Positions 50,267-62,471 of a stretch of DNA of 64,000 bases are shown here, one piece after another. The stretch is from contig CAVRJY010000002.1 in assembly GCA_963721805.1 (NCBI GenBank), positions 192,001 to 256,000 of the forward strand, in the 5' to 3' direction. The position numbers were made by a program, and so were the translations under genes. The DNA comes from Nitrospirota bacterium (GTDB lineage Bacteria > Nitrospirota > Thermodesulfovibrionia > Thermodesulfovibrionales > JdFR-86). Numbering within the stretch: position 1 is the first letter of the stretch; the number at the start of each line of letters is the position of its first letter. The notes under the pieces are model-generated. The model worked only from the letters and a program-made list of their open reading frames with translations. It was not told where the DNA came from and ran no database searches.

Positions 50267-52963
50267 ATGGAACGCGAGGTATTTACGGACTTGGTGCTCA
50301 GAGACGGCCGGAGCATACGCGTCAGGCCGATCACGACCGACGACGGCAAGCGGATCGAGGAGCTTTTCTACAGGCTGAGCCCCCGTACGAGGTACTTCAG
50401 GTTTCAGTATACCAAGACCACGATCAGCGCCGAGGAGGTCTACCACTTCACGCACGTCTCGCCACCCGAGAACATGGCATTTGCGGCGACGATGCGCGAC
50501 ACCGGCGAGGAGCGCATAGTGGCGGTCGGGCGATGGTACCGGACTTCCGACCCCGCGAAGGCCGAGGTGAGCTTCGTGGTCGAGGACGGCGTGCAGGTCA
50601 GGGGGCTCGGCACAGCCCTGCTCGAGCGGCTGGCCGAGGCCGCTATAAAATACCGCATCATGACGTTCGTGGCCGCCGTTATCGTCGAAAACGCGCGGAT
50701 GCTCGATGTCTTTGAGGAGAGCGGGTTTACGACCACGAGGAGATTCGACGACGGGGTCTATTACCTGACGATCAACCTCGGCGAGAAGCGCGCGTTCGAC
50801 GTCAAGAGCGCGCAGCGCGAACACGTCGCGCGCTCGGCCGGGGTGCGCATGCTGCTATATCCCGACACGGTGGCCGTGATTGGCGCCTCCCACAAGCACG
50901 ATACCGTGGGCGGGGCGGTATTCAGAAACGTCCTGCAGAGCGACTTTGCGGGTACCGTCTTTCCTGTAAACCCGACGGCGCGCTCCATAGGGGCGGTGCA
51001 TGCGTATGCGAGCGTGCTCGAGATCCCGGTTGCTGTCGACCTGGCCGTGATCGTCGTACCGGCGCGCGCGGTGCCGGACGTGGTAGAGCAGTGCGGCAAA
51101 AAGGGCGTCAAGGGCATCGTGATAATCTCGGCCGGGTTTGGCGAGGCCGGGGCCGAGGGCAAGGCCCTGCAAGACCGCGTAAATGAACTTGTCGTGGGCT
51201 ACGGCATGCGCCTGATCGGGCCGAACTGCCTGGGCGTGCTGAACTTCGACCCGGCCTGCATGCTCAACGCGACGTTCTCCCCGATAGCGCCGCCGGCCGG
51301 CAAGCTGAGCATATCCACGCAAAGCGGCGCGCTGGGATTAGCGCTCATCGACTACGCCAAGAGCCTGAACCTTGGGCTCTCGCACTTTATAAGCATCGGA
51401 AACCGCGTGGACATATCGAGCACCGACCTGCTGGAGTTCTGGGAGGACGACGACAAGACGAACGTGATCCTGCTCTATGAGGAGGCCTTCGGAGACCCGC
51501 GCAAGTTCGCGCGGATCGCGCGCCGCGTCTCGCGCAAAAAGCCTATCGTAGCTGTAAAGTCCGGCCGCTCCGAGGTCGGGGCCAGGGCCGCGTCGTCCCA
51601 TACCGGGGCGCTGGCGGCCTCGGACGTCGCGGTGGACGCGATGTTCCGCGAGGCCGGCGTCATCAGGGTCAACACGATCAGCGAGATGTTCAACGTAGCC
51701 CGCTCATTCGCCGAGCAGCCGATGCCGCGCGGAAACCGCATAGGCATACTCACGAACGCCGGAGGCCCCGGGGTGCTCACGGCCGACGCGTGCGAGGGCT
51801 GGGGCCTCATCGTGCCCCCCCTGGCCGAACCGACCATGGCCGCGATGCGGGAGTTTCTGCCGCCATCGGCCTCGGTCCGAAACCCGGTGGACGCAATAGC
51901 CTCGGCCACTCCGGAGTCATACAGGCGGTGCCTGACGCTGATGCTCGCGGACCCCAACATCGACGCGGTGGTAGTGATCTACATCCCTCCGCTCGTTACG
52001 CACCCTGACGACATAGCCTCGTGCATCGCCGAGGCGCTCACCGGGTATGACGGCGATAAGCCGGTGCTTACGAGCTTCATGACGCTCCAAAAGGGGATCT
52101 CCGACATCATGGTCGAAGGTGGCCGGCGCGTGCCGATGTTCACCTTCCCCGAAGACGCGGTTACCGCGCTTGGGCGCGCGTGGCAGTACCAGCAGTACAA
52201 GACCCGGGATGAGGGCAGCGTGCCCGAGTTTCCGGGGATCGCCAAAGACCTCGCGCGAGAGGAGGCGCTTGGCGGCCTGACGCTCTCGGACAAGCCGGTC
52301 TGGCTCATGCCGGAGGCCGCGATGAAACTGCTTGGGGCTTACGGCATTTCGTCCCCGAAGGTCGAGGCCGCACAGAGCGCGGACGATGCGGCGCTCGCGG
52401 CAGGGCGCATTGGCTATCCGGTCGCGCTCAAGCTGCGCTCGGCTACGATCACGCACAAGACGGACGTCAAGGGCGTGGCGCTTAACCTCAAGGACGAGGC
52501 AGAGGTGCGCGCGGCATACGCGGCGATAGAGGATGCCCTGCGGCAGCGGGGGATGATCGAGGGGATGCAGGGCGTGCTGGTGCAGCGGATGCTGGGCGGC
52601 GACGGCGGCACCGAGATCATCCTGGGCATGGCGGCCGATCCGCTGTTCGGGCCGCTGGTAATGCTCGGCCTCGGTGGCATACACGTCGAGCTCCTGAAGG
52701 ACGTCGCGTTTTCGATCCCGCCGCTTCGCGACCTCGACCCCGAGCGGATGCTAAAGCAGCTTAAGACCTATCCGCTTCTAACGGGATGGCGCGGAAGGAA
52801 GCCCGCTGACGTCGCGGCGCTAAAAGACGTGCTCCTGCGGTTTTCGACCCTGATAGAGGACCTGCCCGAGATCGACCAGATTGAGATCAACCCTCTGGTG
52901 GTGCTCGATGAGGGCATGGGCTGCTCTGCGCTCGATTGCAGGATAAGCGTCAGGCAGGTCTAG
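50267..52963 (+). CDS. GNAT fused to NDP-forming acyl-CoA synthetase (protein lysine acetyltransferase Pat-like)
   Basis: N-terminal GNAT (RGLGTALL); VAVIGAS, GPNCLG, QSGAL, HTGAL, NAGGPG and NPVD; C-terminal ATP-grasp. Confidence 0.9.
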   Translation: MEREVFTDLVLRDGRSIRVRPITTDDGKRIEELFYRLSPRTRYFRFQYTKTTISAEEVYHFTHVSPPENMAFAATMRDTGEERIVAVGRWYRTSDPAKAEVSFVVEDGVQVRGLGTALLERLAEAAIKYRIMTFVAAVIVENARMLDVFEESGFTTTRRFDDGVYYLTINLGEKRAFDVKSAQREHVARSAGVRMLLYPDTVAVIGASHKHDTVGGAVFRNVLQSDFAGTVFPVNPTARSIGAVHAYASVLEIPVAVDLAVIVVPARAVPDVVEQCGKKGVKGIVIISAGFGEAGAEGKALQDRVNELVVGYGMRLIGPNCLGVLNFDPACMLNATFSPIAPPAGKLSISTQSGALGLALIDYAKSLNLGLSHFISIGNRVDISSTDLLEFWEDDDKTNVILLYEEAFGDPRKFARIARRVSRKKPIVAVKSGRSEVGARAASSHTGALAASDVAVDAMFREAGVIRVNTISEMFNVARSFAEQPMPRGNRIGILTNAGGPGVLTADACEGWGLIVPPLAEPTMAAMREFLPPSASVRNPVDAIASATPESYRRCLTLMLADPNIDAVVVIYIPPLVTHPDDIASCIAEALTGYDGDKPVLTSFMTLQKGISDIMVEGGRRVPMFTFPEDAVTALGRAWQYQQYKTRDEGSVPEFPGIAKDLAREEALGGLTLSDKPVWLMPEAAMKLLGAYGISSPKVEAAQSADDAALAAGRIGYPVALKLRSATITHKTDVKGVALNLKDEAEVRAAYAAIEDALRQRGMIEGMQGVLVQRMLGGDGGTEIILGMAADPLFGPLVMLGLGGIHVELLKDVAFSIPPLRDLDPERMLKQLKTYPLLTGWRGRKPADVAALKDVLLRFSTLIEDLPEIDQIEINPLVVLDEGMGCSALDCRISVRQV

Positions 52964-52995
52964 CGGCAGCTATTAAACGACGGGCCTTGAAGCCC

Positions 52996-53030
52996 CCCAA
53001 GGAATTCGAGTGAAACGAGAATTCCTTGGG
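52996..53030. repeat. Palindromic hairpin between convergent genes
   Basis: CCCAAGGAATTC-GAGTGAAACGA-GAATTCCTTGGG, 12-bp perfect stem. Confidence 0.6.
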
Positions 53031-53032
53031 CT

Positions 53033-53863
53033 CTATTTCGCGGCCCTGAAGTGCAGGGTATTCGGGACGTAGTAGAGCCCGGTATAGCCAAGGTGCATCC
53101 GCAGCCACGGGATATAGATGTGGCTGCTCGGGCCGCCGTCCATCGCGAGGGCCGAGACCGCGCCCGCCGCGACCATAAGGTCTCCCATCTCGTGGAGCGT
53201 GGCCCCGTTTGAGTCCTCGTCATCGCCGAAGACCCCCGCCACCAGCACGTCGCCGGTGTTCGTGAGCCCTATGGCCACGCGGTCCGAGAGGTGCGTGTCG
53301 TCGACAGGCATGTCGTTTAGCCCTCCCATCACGACCATCGGCTTGGACTGTACGGCATCGGCGGGAGCGGTCTCGGGCTTATAGTCCGCCGCGCGCACGA
53401 TCCTTATCCCGGCCGAGTCCTCAAACAGCATCCCGCCCGAGGACCACTTGACCTGCCTCGATGCGCGCCGCCCGCTGTCGACCAGAAGCCCGAGCGGGAT
53501 CAGGTGGCCGTTCGTGTCATACCCGAAGAACCCGCCGCTGATCACGAGCAGGTCGGCCCGCGAGGCCGCGTCCGTGTATATGCCTTTTTTCTCCCCGCTA
53601 GCGCGCCGGTCGCGCGCCTTAAAGACGAGCCCCGATTTCGAGAGCCGCGCTATCACGACCGTGATCTCGCGGCCTAGGGCTTCTCTGTAGATCCTGACCT
53701 CGCCCTCGACGCCGAACGAGGCCGGCACGCGGTATGTTGACGAGGGCGCGGATGAGGGGAGTTCGGGGAACGAGGATGCCGATGCTGCCGCGGTGAAGAT
53801 CAGCAGCAGGACCGCCGCGGCTAACGGCGCGCGCGCAGCCACTATATGCCCGGGGCCGCGCAC
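53033..53863 (-). CDS. Phosphodiester glycosidase (NAGPA-like) exported protein
   Basis: ISGGFF, PLGLLV, RVAIG and ALAMDGGPSS motifs; signal peptide. Confidence 0.78.
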   Translation of the reverse strand: MRGPGHIVAARAPLAAAVLLLIFTAAASASSFPELPSSAPSSTYRVPASFGVEGEVRIYREALGREITVVIARLSKSGLVFKARDRRASGEKKGIYTDAASRADLLVISGGFFGYDTNGHLIPLGLLVDSGRRASRQVKWSSGGMLFEDSAGIRIVRAADYKPETAPADAVQSKPMVVMGGLNDMPVDDTHLSDRVAIGLTNTGDVLVAGVFGDDEDSNGATLHEMGDLMVAAGAVSALAMDGGPSSHIYIPWLRMHLGYTGLYYVPNTLHFRAAK

Positions 53864-53873
53864 CTCGTCGGCC

Positions 53874-55598
53874 TCAGCGGATGTACGCCTCTGTGACGTA
53901 GCGCCGCATCATGCGGTGGGTGTTGAAGTAGTATGCGTTTTTCCCTATCGCGTTTTGCATCATCCTGATCCACATGTGGCGCTCGTTGTAGTACGTCGGG
54001 ATGATCTTGTGCTCGAGCTTTCTGTAGAGGTCGTCGGCGTCCACGTCGTCGTTGGCCTCGACGAGCGAGGTCTCGGTCGCGGCCGGGCCGATCGCCCAGC
54101 CCGTGTAGTCTTCGATATGGCCCTCGATCCACCAGCCGTCGAGCACGCTGAAGTTCATCACCCCGTTGTGCGCGGCCTTCATCCCCGAGGTGCCGGAGGC
54201 CTCGCGCGGCCTCATCGGCGTATTGAGCCATACGTCCACGCCCGATACCAGGTCGAGCGCGAGCCGCATGTCGTAGCCCGGCAGGTAAACGAGCTTCACC
54301 CTGCCGCCGAGCTTCCGCATGGCATCGAATATGCCGTGGATCATCTCCTTGCCGGGGATGTCCTTGGGGTGGGCCTTGCCAGCGAAGATAAGCTGGAGCT
54401 TTCCCTCGCCTATGCGCGCGAGGCGCTCGATGTCCTTAAACAGCAGGTACCCGCGTTTGTATGCCGTGGCGCGCCGCGCGAACCCGAACGTCAGCACCTT
54501 GCAGTCCATGCCGGCGCCGGTCTGGGCGTTTACCATGTCTATGAGCCTGCACTTGGCCTCCATGTGCGCGTCCCAGAGCTCGTCGTCCGGCACGCGGCTG
54601 ACGCGCACGAAGAGCTCCGGCTCGTTGGCCCAGCCGGGCAGGTATTTGTCATAGAGGCGGCGCATGCTCTCGCAGGTCCATGTGTATGAGTGCACGCCGT
54701 TGGTGATCGCCGAGATCTCATATCCGGGGAAGAGGCTCAGGGAGACCTCGGCGTGCTTTTTGGCCACGCCGTTTACGTATTCGCTGAGGTTCAGGCCGAG
54801 GATCGTCATGTTAAGGCCGTGCTCGCCCCCGAGGCGGCGGAGGACCTGCTCGGGCAGGATCGGCCCCAGGACCTGCGTTACCAGATCTTGCGGGAAGGAG
54901 TCGTGGCCGGCCGCGACAGGCGTGTGGGTTGTGAAGACGCAGAGGTCCCTCACGCGCCTGACGTCCCAGACCAGATTTTCGTCCCAGACCTCCTCGATGT
55001 CGCGCTTGAACTCGCGCAGGAGCTCGACCGTAAGCAGGCTGGCGTGGCCCTCGTTCATGTGGTATTTCTTGATCTCGAAGTCCAGCTCACGGAGCAGCCG
55101 CACGCCGCCTATGCCGAGCACGGCCTCCTGCCTGAGCCTGTAGCGCGCGTCGCCGCCATACAGGACGCGGGTGATCGTGCGGTCCTCCGGGGTGTTGGAC
55201 TCGATGTCCGTATCCAGAAGCAGGATCGGTATCTTGCCGCCGGTGACGCTCTGCTGGACGTACAGCCATGCCTGCACAGCGACCTCGCGGCCCTCCAGCG
55301 ATACGTACACCTTGTGCGGCAGCAAGGTCATGAAGTGGTAGGGGTCCCATGGGGCGGCCTGCTCGCTCTGCACCCCGTCGGGGGAGATCGTCTGGTTGAA
55401 GTACCCGTCCTTGCAGATCAGCGTGAGGGCGACCATCGGGAGCTTCAGGTCCGCGGCCGAGCGGAGCGTGTCTCCGGCCAGAACGCCCAGGCCGCCGCTA
55501 TAGGTGTGGATATCGTTGTGTATGCCTATCTCCATCGAGAAATAGGCGATCTTGGGCTCCTTGGTGAAATCCGAAAGCTCCGGGATATTGCTATTCAT
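53874..55598 (-). CDS. glgP: Alpha-glucan phosphorylase (short form)
   Basis: AYFSME, YSGGLGVLAGD, HMNEGH, FARRATAYKR and EASGTSGMKA motifs. Confidence 0.92.
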   Translation of the reverse strand: MNSNIPELSDFTKEPKIAYFSMEIGIHNDIHTYSGGLGVLAGDTLRSAADLKLPMVALTLICKDGYFNQTISPDGVQSEQAAPWDPYHFMTLLPHKVYVSLEGREVAVQAWLYVQQSVTGGKIPILLLDTDIESNTPEDRTITRVLYGGDARYRLRQEAVLGIGGVRLLRELDFEIKKYHMNEGHASLLTVELLREFKRDIEEVWDENLVWDVRRVRDLCVFTTHTPVAAGHDSFPQDLVTQVLGPILPEQVLRRLGGEHGLNMTILGLNLSEYVNGVAKKHAEVSLSLFPGYEISAITNGVHSYTWTCESMRRLYDKYLPGWANEPELFVRVSRVPDDELWDAHMEAKCRLIDMVNAQTGAGMDCKVLTFGFARRATAYKRGYLLFKDIERLARIGEGKLQLIFAGKAHPKDIPGKEMIHGIFDAMRKLGGRVKLVYLPGYDMRLALDLVSGVDVWLNTPMRPREASGTSGMKAAHNGVMNFSVLDGWWIEGHIEDYTGWAIGPAATETSLVEANDDVDADDLYRKLEHKIIPTYYNERHMWIRMMQNAIGKNAYYFNTHRMMRRYVTEAYIR

Positions 55599-55664
55599 AT
55601 TGTCTATTCTATCAAACGCACAGCCGGGTTACAAGGCAGAGGTCTCGGGCATGAACAAGCGCCA

Positions 55665-55692
55665 TTGACAAAGCTGCATAAGGTGATATAAT
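55665..55692 (+). promoter_or_regulatory. Consensus sigma70 promoter
   Basis: TTGACA - 16 nt - TATAAT with extended TG. Confidence 0.7.
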
Positions 55693-55723
55693 TATCACAA
55701 CCTGGCTAATGGAAGGAGCTCAC

Positions 55724-56152
55724 ATGGCTAAGACGACCAAGACCGAAGCGAAGGGTGCGGTGAAGCAGCCAGCTGCAAAGAGGACCACTGCCAAAAAAGT
55801 AACCGGGAAGAGGGCCGCCGCGCCTAAAAAGGCCGCCGCACCCAAGAAGGGCATAAAGAAGCAGTATCTCAAGTCCGACGGGCTGTGCAAGGTGACGTTC
55901 TGCCTCCCGGCCGAGGCAGTAGAGGGCGCCGAGCGAGTGGCCATCGTCGGGGACTTCAACGAATGGGACGAAACGGCCCACCGGATGGAGAGGCTGGATA
56001 ACGGCGACTACAGCATCACGATGCTGCTCGTCCCGGAGCGCGAGTACCGGTTTAAATACCTGATCGACGACGACCGCTGGGAGAACGACTGGGCCGCCGA
56101 CCGTTACGATCCCAACATCCACGACGGGGAAGACTCGGTAGTCATACTTTAG
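55724..56152 (+). CDS. CBM48/isoamylase early-set glycogen-binding protein with Lys/Ala-rich N-terminal tail
   Basis: CKVTF, VGDFNEW, YRFKYLID and WENDWAAD motifs; AAGGAG RBS. Confidence 0.85.
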   Translation: MAKTTKTEAKGAVKQPAAKRTTAKKVTGKRAAAPKKAAAPKKGIKKQYLKSDGLCKVTFCLPAEAVEGAERVAIVGDFNEWDETAHRMERLDNGDYSITMLLVPEREYRFKYLIDDDRWENDWAADRYDPNIHDGEDSVVIL

Positions 56153-56165
56153 CCGGGCCCGCGCG

Positions 56166-56696
56166 ATGACCGCCCCCCGGGAGACAGGCGAGCTCCTATT
56201 TCTCGGGGACTCGCTCATCGAGTACTTCGACTGGGCGGAACGCTTCCCGCACCGCAGGGTCCGCAACCTCGGGGTCTCGGGCGAGCCGGTCGAGGGGCTG
56301 CTAGAGCGCATCGACGTCGTGACAAGCGAATACCCCGAGGCCGCCGCCTTCATAATGACCGGTATCAACGATATCGCGATGGATCAAAGCGGCTTCATCG
56401 GCGAGTACCGCAAGATAATCCTAAAGCTTCGCGAGGCGTACCCGGCCGGTCTCCGCATCCATATCCACACGCTCCTGCCCACGCTCCTCCACTGGATCGA
56501 CCCCGCTGAGATCAGGCGCGTAAACTCCCTGATAGCGAAGCTGTCGGAGGAGACCGGCGTTCGGCTCATCGATATGCACGACCTGTTTTTGGAGCGCGGG
56601 CTGCATGATCTGCTCGCCGCGGACGGCATACACCTCAGCGGCCGGGGCTATGAGCTCTGGGCCTCGGTGCTCGAGCCGGTCATAGCCGAACTTTAG
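56166..56696 (+). CDS. GDSL/SGNH hydrolase
   Basis: FLGDSL, NLGVSG, GIND and DGIHL motifs. Confidence 0.9.
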   Translation: MTAPRETGELLFLGDSLIEYFDWAERFPHRRVRNLGVSGEPVEGLLERIDVVTSEYPEAAAFIMTGINDIAMDQSGFIGEYRKIILKLREAYPAGLRIHIHTLLPTLLHWIDPAEIRRVNSLIAKLSEETGVRLIDMHDLFLERGLHDLLAADGIHLSGRGYELWASVLEPVIAEL

Positions 56697-56750
56697 GGGG
56701 ATCATCCTGCCGCAACCCGACTTTGCCCGGTTTTGTTATACTATTTGATC

Positions 56751-56956
56751 ATGAAACAGGGACCGCAAGAACCGATCGTCCCGCTCGAGGGGCTGCTCTG
56801 CCCTGTATGCGGCAAGGAGCTCGACAAGGCGGCCAAGACCGACGAGGGCTACCTATGCCATGGCTGCGGCGAGACGATCCCCGAGAACTTGGCCATAAAC
56901 CCATTCTTCGGCTGCTCGGTCGGGCTGACGAGCAACAAGAGCCGGGAGATGAGGCG

Positions 56957-56960
<4 letters not shown>
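56751..56960 (+). CDS. Small Zn-ribbon protein
   Basis: CPVCG and CHGCG; its stop overlaps the trpB ATG; TATACT 8 nt upstream. Confidence 0.6.
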
Positions 56961-58128
<1,168 letters not shown>

Positions 58129-58132
<4 letters not shown>

Positions 58133-58902
58133 GCAGGATAAAAAAGACATTCGCCACCCTCAAGCGCCAGGGCGGCAAGGCCTTCATCCCATACGTGATG
58201 GCCGGGGACCCTACGCTAGAGCGCACGGCGGAACTGGTGCGCATGCTCGAAGGCTGCGGTGCGGACATCATAGAGCTCGGAGTGCCGTTTAGCGACCCTC
58301 TGGCCGACGGCCCTGTGATCCAGCGCGCTGCCGAGCGTGCGCTCGCCGCGGGAACGAGGCTCAGGCATGTAGTCACGCTCGTGCGCGAACTGAGGCTTAC
58401 CACCCAGATCCCGATAGTGCTGATGACCTACTATAACCCGATATTCAAATACGGCGAGGCGAGGTTCGCGGCCGAGGCTTCGGCCGCGGGGGTGGACGGG
58501 CTCATCATACCCGACCTGCCTCCGCACGAGGCGAAGAACCTGATCGCTCTTTGCCGCCGTTCCGGGATAGATAACATATTTCTGACCGCTCCGACCTCAA
58601 CCCCGGAGCGCAGGAAGATCGTAGCCCGCGCCTCGAGCGGATTTATATATTACGTTTCGATAACCGGGATCACGGGCGCGGGCCTCGCGATGGACACCTC
58701 GATAGCCGAGTCCGTGCAGGGGATCGCCAGAGAGAGCGGGGGCAAGCCGGTCGCCGTAGGCTTCGGCGTCTCGACCCCCGAGGAGGCATCGGCGGTGGCC
58801 GCGTTCGCTGACGGCGTGATCGTCGGAAGCGCGATCGTGCGCCGGGCGGGCGAGCCGGGCCTGCGGGAGTTTGTCACCACACTCAGGGCGGCGATCCGCT
58901 GA
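58129..58902 (+). CDS. trpA: Tryptophan synthase alpha chain
   Basis: [26 protein letters not shown] and VIVGSA motifs. Confidence 0.97.
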
Positions 58903-58915
58903 ACATGGAGACACC

Positions 58916-59680
58916 ATGAGGCTCAAGGTGCTTGGCGCATCCGGGGCCGAGTTTCCGGGGTTTTATCCCCCCGCGTTTCTCATCGACGATGAGATATTGC
59001 TGGACGCCGGGACGATCGGCGCTGTGCTCAGCGAGGACGCGCAGTGGAAGCTGCGTCATATCCTGCTTACGCACTCACACCTCGACCACATACGCGGCAT
59101 CCCGTTTCTGGCTGATAACATAGTGCTCATGAACAAGAAGCATTCAGTCACCATTATGGGCATCAAGCCGACACTCGATACGCTCAAAGACAGCCTCTTT
59201 AACAACACCGTCTGGCCGGATTTCACCGCGATCCCCAACGCCAAGAGCCCGGTGCTGAAGCTCAAGCAGATAACCGCCGGCCGGGTGTTTAAGATTAACG
59301 GGTACAGGATCACCGCTTATCCGGTCGCGCACTCGGTGCCGGCCATTGGCTACATTGTCGAAAACGCGGGGGGCCACAGGCTGCTGTATACCGGCGACAC
59401 AGGCCCCACCGAGGCGATCTGGCGCGCCGCATCCAAACACGTAAACGCTGCGATCATCGAGGTCTCGATGCCCAACTCGATGCGCGATATGGCCAAGTTG
59501 ACGGGGCACCTGACCTCCGCGCTGCTGAAAGAAGAGCTCGCGAAGATCGGGGACATCCCGGACATGATACTCATAACCCACCCGAAACCCCAGTACATGA
59601 TGACGATCGCGCGCGAGCTCAAGGCCCTCAAGCGGGGCAACATCAGCATGCTCAGAAGCGGCGACGTCTTCGACTTTTAG
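58916..59680 (+). CDS. Class II 3',5'-cyclic nucleotide phosphodiesterase (MBL fold)
   Basis: LLDAG, THSHLDHI, FNNTVWPDF, YTGDTG and GHLT motifs. Confidence 0.85.
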   Translation: MRLKVLGASGAEFPGFYPPAFLIDDEILLDAGTIGAVLSEDAQWKLRHILLTHSHLDHIRGIPFLADNIVLMNKKHSVTIMGIKPTLDTLKDSLFNNTVWPDFTAIPNAKSPVLKLKQITAGRVFKINGYRITAYPVAHSVPAIGYIVENAGGHRLLYTGDTGPTEAIWRAASKHVNAAIIEVSMPNSMRDMAKLTGHLTSALLKEELAKIGDIPDMILITHPKPQYMMTIARELKALKRGNISMLRSGDVFDF

Positions 59681-59700
59681 GCAGGCGGAGAGAGAAAACA

Positions 59701-60558
<858 letters not shown>

Positions 60559-60683
60559 AAAGTCGCGCTAAATTGGCTGATACGTTGTCGCGGCTTCGGA
60601 AATCCGTCCTCCAGAGTACATCCCAGTACACTTGCGGACGTCTTCCTCGCCGCTCCTAGTCTGAGCCTAATTTATCGCACTTT
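60559..60683. repeat. Palindromic dispersed repeat, family 1 copy C (diverged)
   Basis: Same length and stem layout as copies A and B, with central GTAC-N6-GTAC and compensatory changes. Confidence 0.7.
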
Positions 60684-60732
60684 GATGTGGCTCTTGCATA
60701 GTCGTGCGAGCGGTCAACGGCATTGATTTGAG

Positions 60733-60798
60733 TGAGCGGGGCAGGGGCCCCGTGAATAAGTGAGCGATGCGAATATTTGCCAGGGGGCGCTGCCCCCT
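60733..60798 (-). repeat. Structured repeat family 2, copy after the small ORF
   Basis: TGAGCGGGGCAGGG..ATAAGTGAGCGATGCGAATATTTGCCAGGGGGCGCTGCCCCCT. Confidence 0.7.
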
Positions 60799-60976
60799 AT
60801 TCGATGTGGAAGGTCGCGACCTCTTTCATGCCGGGCAGGTATTCGCCGACCGGGACGAGTTTCTTGTTCTGGTTCACGCAGTCTATGATGATCGTCCAGA
60901 GCTGGTTGAGTTCGGTCTTTTCCCTCTCGGTCTCAGGCGTGAAGTGTATCAGCGTCCCCTCGAGTTCGATCTTCAT
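60797..60976 (-). CDS. Small hypothetical protein (59 aa)
   Basis: MKIELEGTLIHFTPETEREKTELNQLWTIIIDCVNQNKKLVPVGEYLPGMKEVATFHIE; GGAGG RBS; host-like codon usage; missing from the ORF track, which lists nothing under 60 aa. Confidence 0.75.
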   Translation of the reverse strand: MKIELEGTLIHFTPETEREKTELNQLWTIIIDCVNQNKKLVPVGEYLPGMKEVATFHIE

Positions 60977-61087
60977 TCAGGGCCTCCTGTCGGGATGAGC
61001 TTCTGAATTAGGTTATATCATCAAACAGGGAAGGATTCAAGGGAGACGGAATGGCCGGGCGCGCGGGTGCGGCAGGGGAGCTCGTGG

Positions 61088-62468
61088 CTAGTCGACCTCT
61101 TCTTCGGACGAGAGGTAGTGCTCCTCGCTCATCGCGTTTCGGAACGTTGTGCAGTAGCCGAGGTATGTCAGCTTGACCAGGCCGGTCGGGCCGTTTCTCT
61201 GTTTGGCCACGATGACCTCGGCCTTGTTTTTTATTTCCTCGTTGTCCCGGTCGTAGACAGCGGGCCTGTAGAGGAACAGGATTACGTCGGCGTCCTGCTC
61301 GATGGCTCCGGACTCGCGCAGGTCGGCGAGCGTCGGGTGTTTGTCCTTGGACGGGCGGGTCTCGACCGAGCGGTTAAGCTGGCTCAGGGCCATCACCGGG
61401 ACGTCGAGTTCCTTTGCGAGGGCCTTCAGAGAGCGCGAGATCTCGGATATCTCCTGGTTGCGGTTCTCTGAGCGCTCCCTGCCGCGCATGAGCTGCAGGT
61501 AGTCGACCACGAGCAGGCTCAGGCCGTGCTCTTTCTTGAACCTCCGGGCCTTGGCGCGCATCTCGAGCACGCTCAGGGCCGAGGTGTCGTCGATGTATAT
61601 CTTGCTGTCGATTAGGCGGGCGGCCGCTGCGGTGAGCTTGCCCCAGTCGTCGCGCTGGTTGATAAAGCCCTTCCTGACCTTGTTGGAGTCCATCATGGCC
61701 TCCGAGCAAAGGAGCCGCAAGGCGAGCTGGTGCTTTGACATCTCAAGGCTGAATACCGCGACCGGCTCCTTGCGCGTCATGCCGACGTACTGCGCGATGT
61801 TGAGCGCGAAGGCGGTCTTGCCCATCGAGGGCCGTCCCCCGATCACGACCAAGTCGCCGCGCTGGAACCCCGACGTCATATCGTCGAGGTCCGTGAAGCC
61901 CTGACGGCACGCCGGTGATCGTCTCTTTCTTTTCGTACAGCTCCTCGATCATCTTGAAGCTGTCGTTTACGATCTCGCGCAGGTGCGAGAAGTCGCTCTT
62001 TATGTGGCGCTCCGAGATCTCGAAGATCGATTTCTCGGCATAGTCCATAAGCTCCTTGGCCTCGTGCGCGTCCTCGTAGACCTTCGCGGCGATGTCCGTG
62101 CCGGTGCGCAGCAGGGCGCGCAGCAGGGCCTTCTCGCCGACGATCTCGGCGTGGTAGCGGACGTTGGCAGCGGTGGCGATCTGGTTGGCGAGCGTGGCCA
62201 GGTACATAGGGCCGCCGACCGCCTCGAGTTCGCCCTTGGTGCTGAGGTGGTTTTTGACCGTGACGAGGTCTATCGGCTCGGAGCGGTCGAAGAGGTCGAG
62301 CATCGAGGCGTAGATCTTGCGGTGGGCCTCGCGGTAGAAGTCATTTGCCGTGAGCGCCTCGATGCACTTGAGGATGGCGTTGTTCTCTATGAGAATGGCC
62401 CCGAGGACGGATTGCTCCGCCTCGAGGCTCTGTGGCGGAAGTTTCTCTGATAAGACGTCGAGTGCCAC
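61088..62468 (-). CDS. dnaB: Replicative DNA helicase DnaB; one-base frameshift near 61900
   Basis: [20 protein letters not shown] in one frame, then [24 protein letters not shown] and [13 protein letters not shown] in the next. Confidence 0.93.
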
Positions 62469-62471
62469 GGC

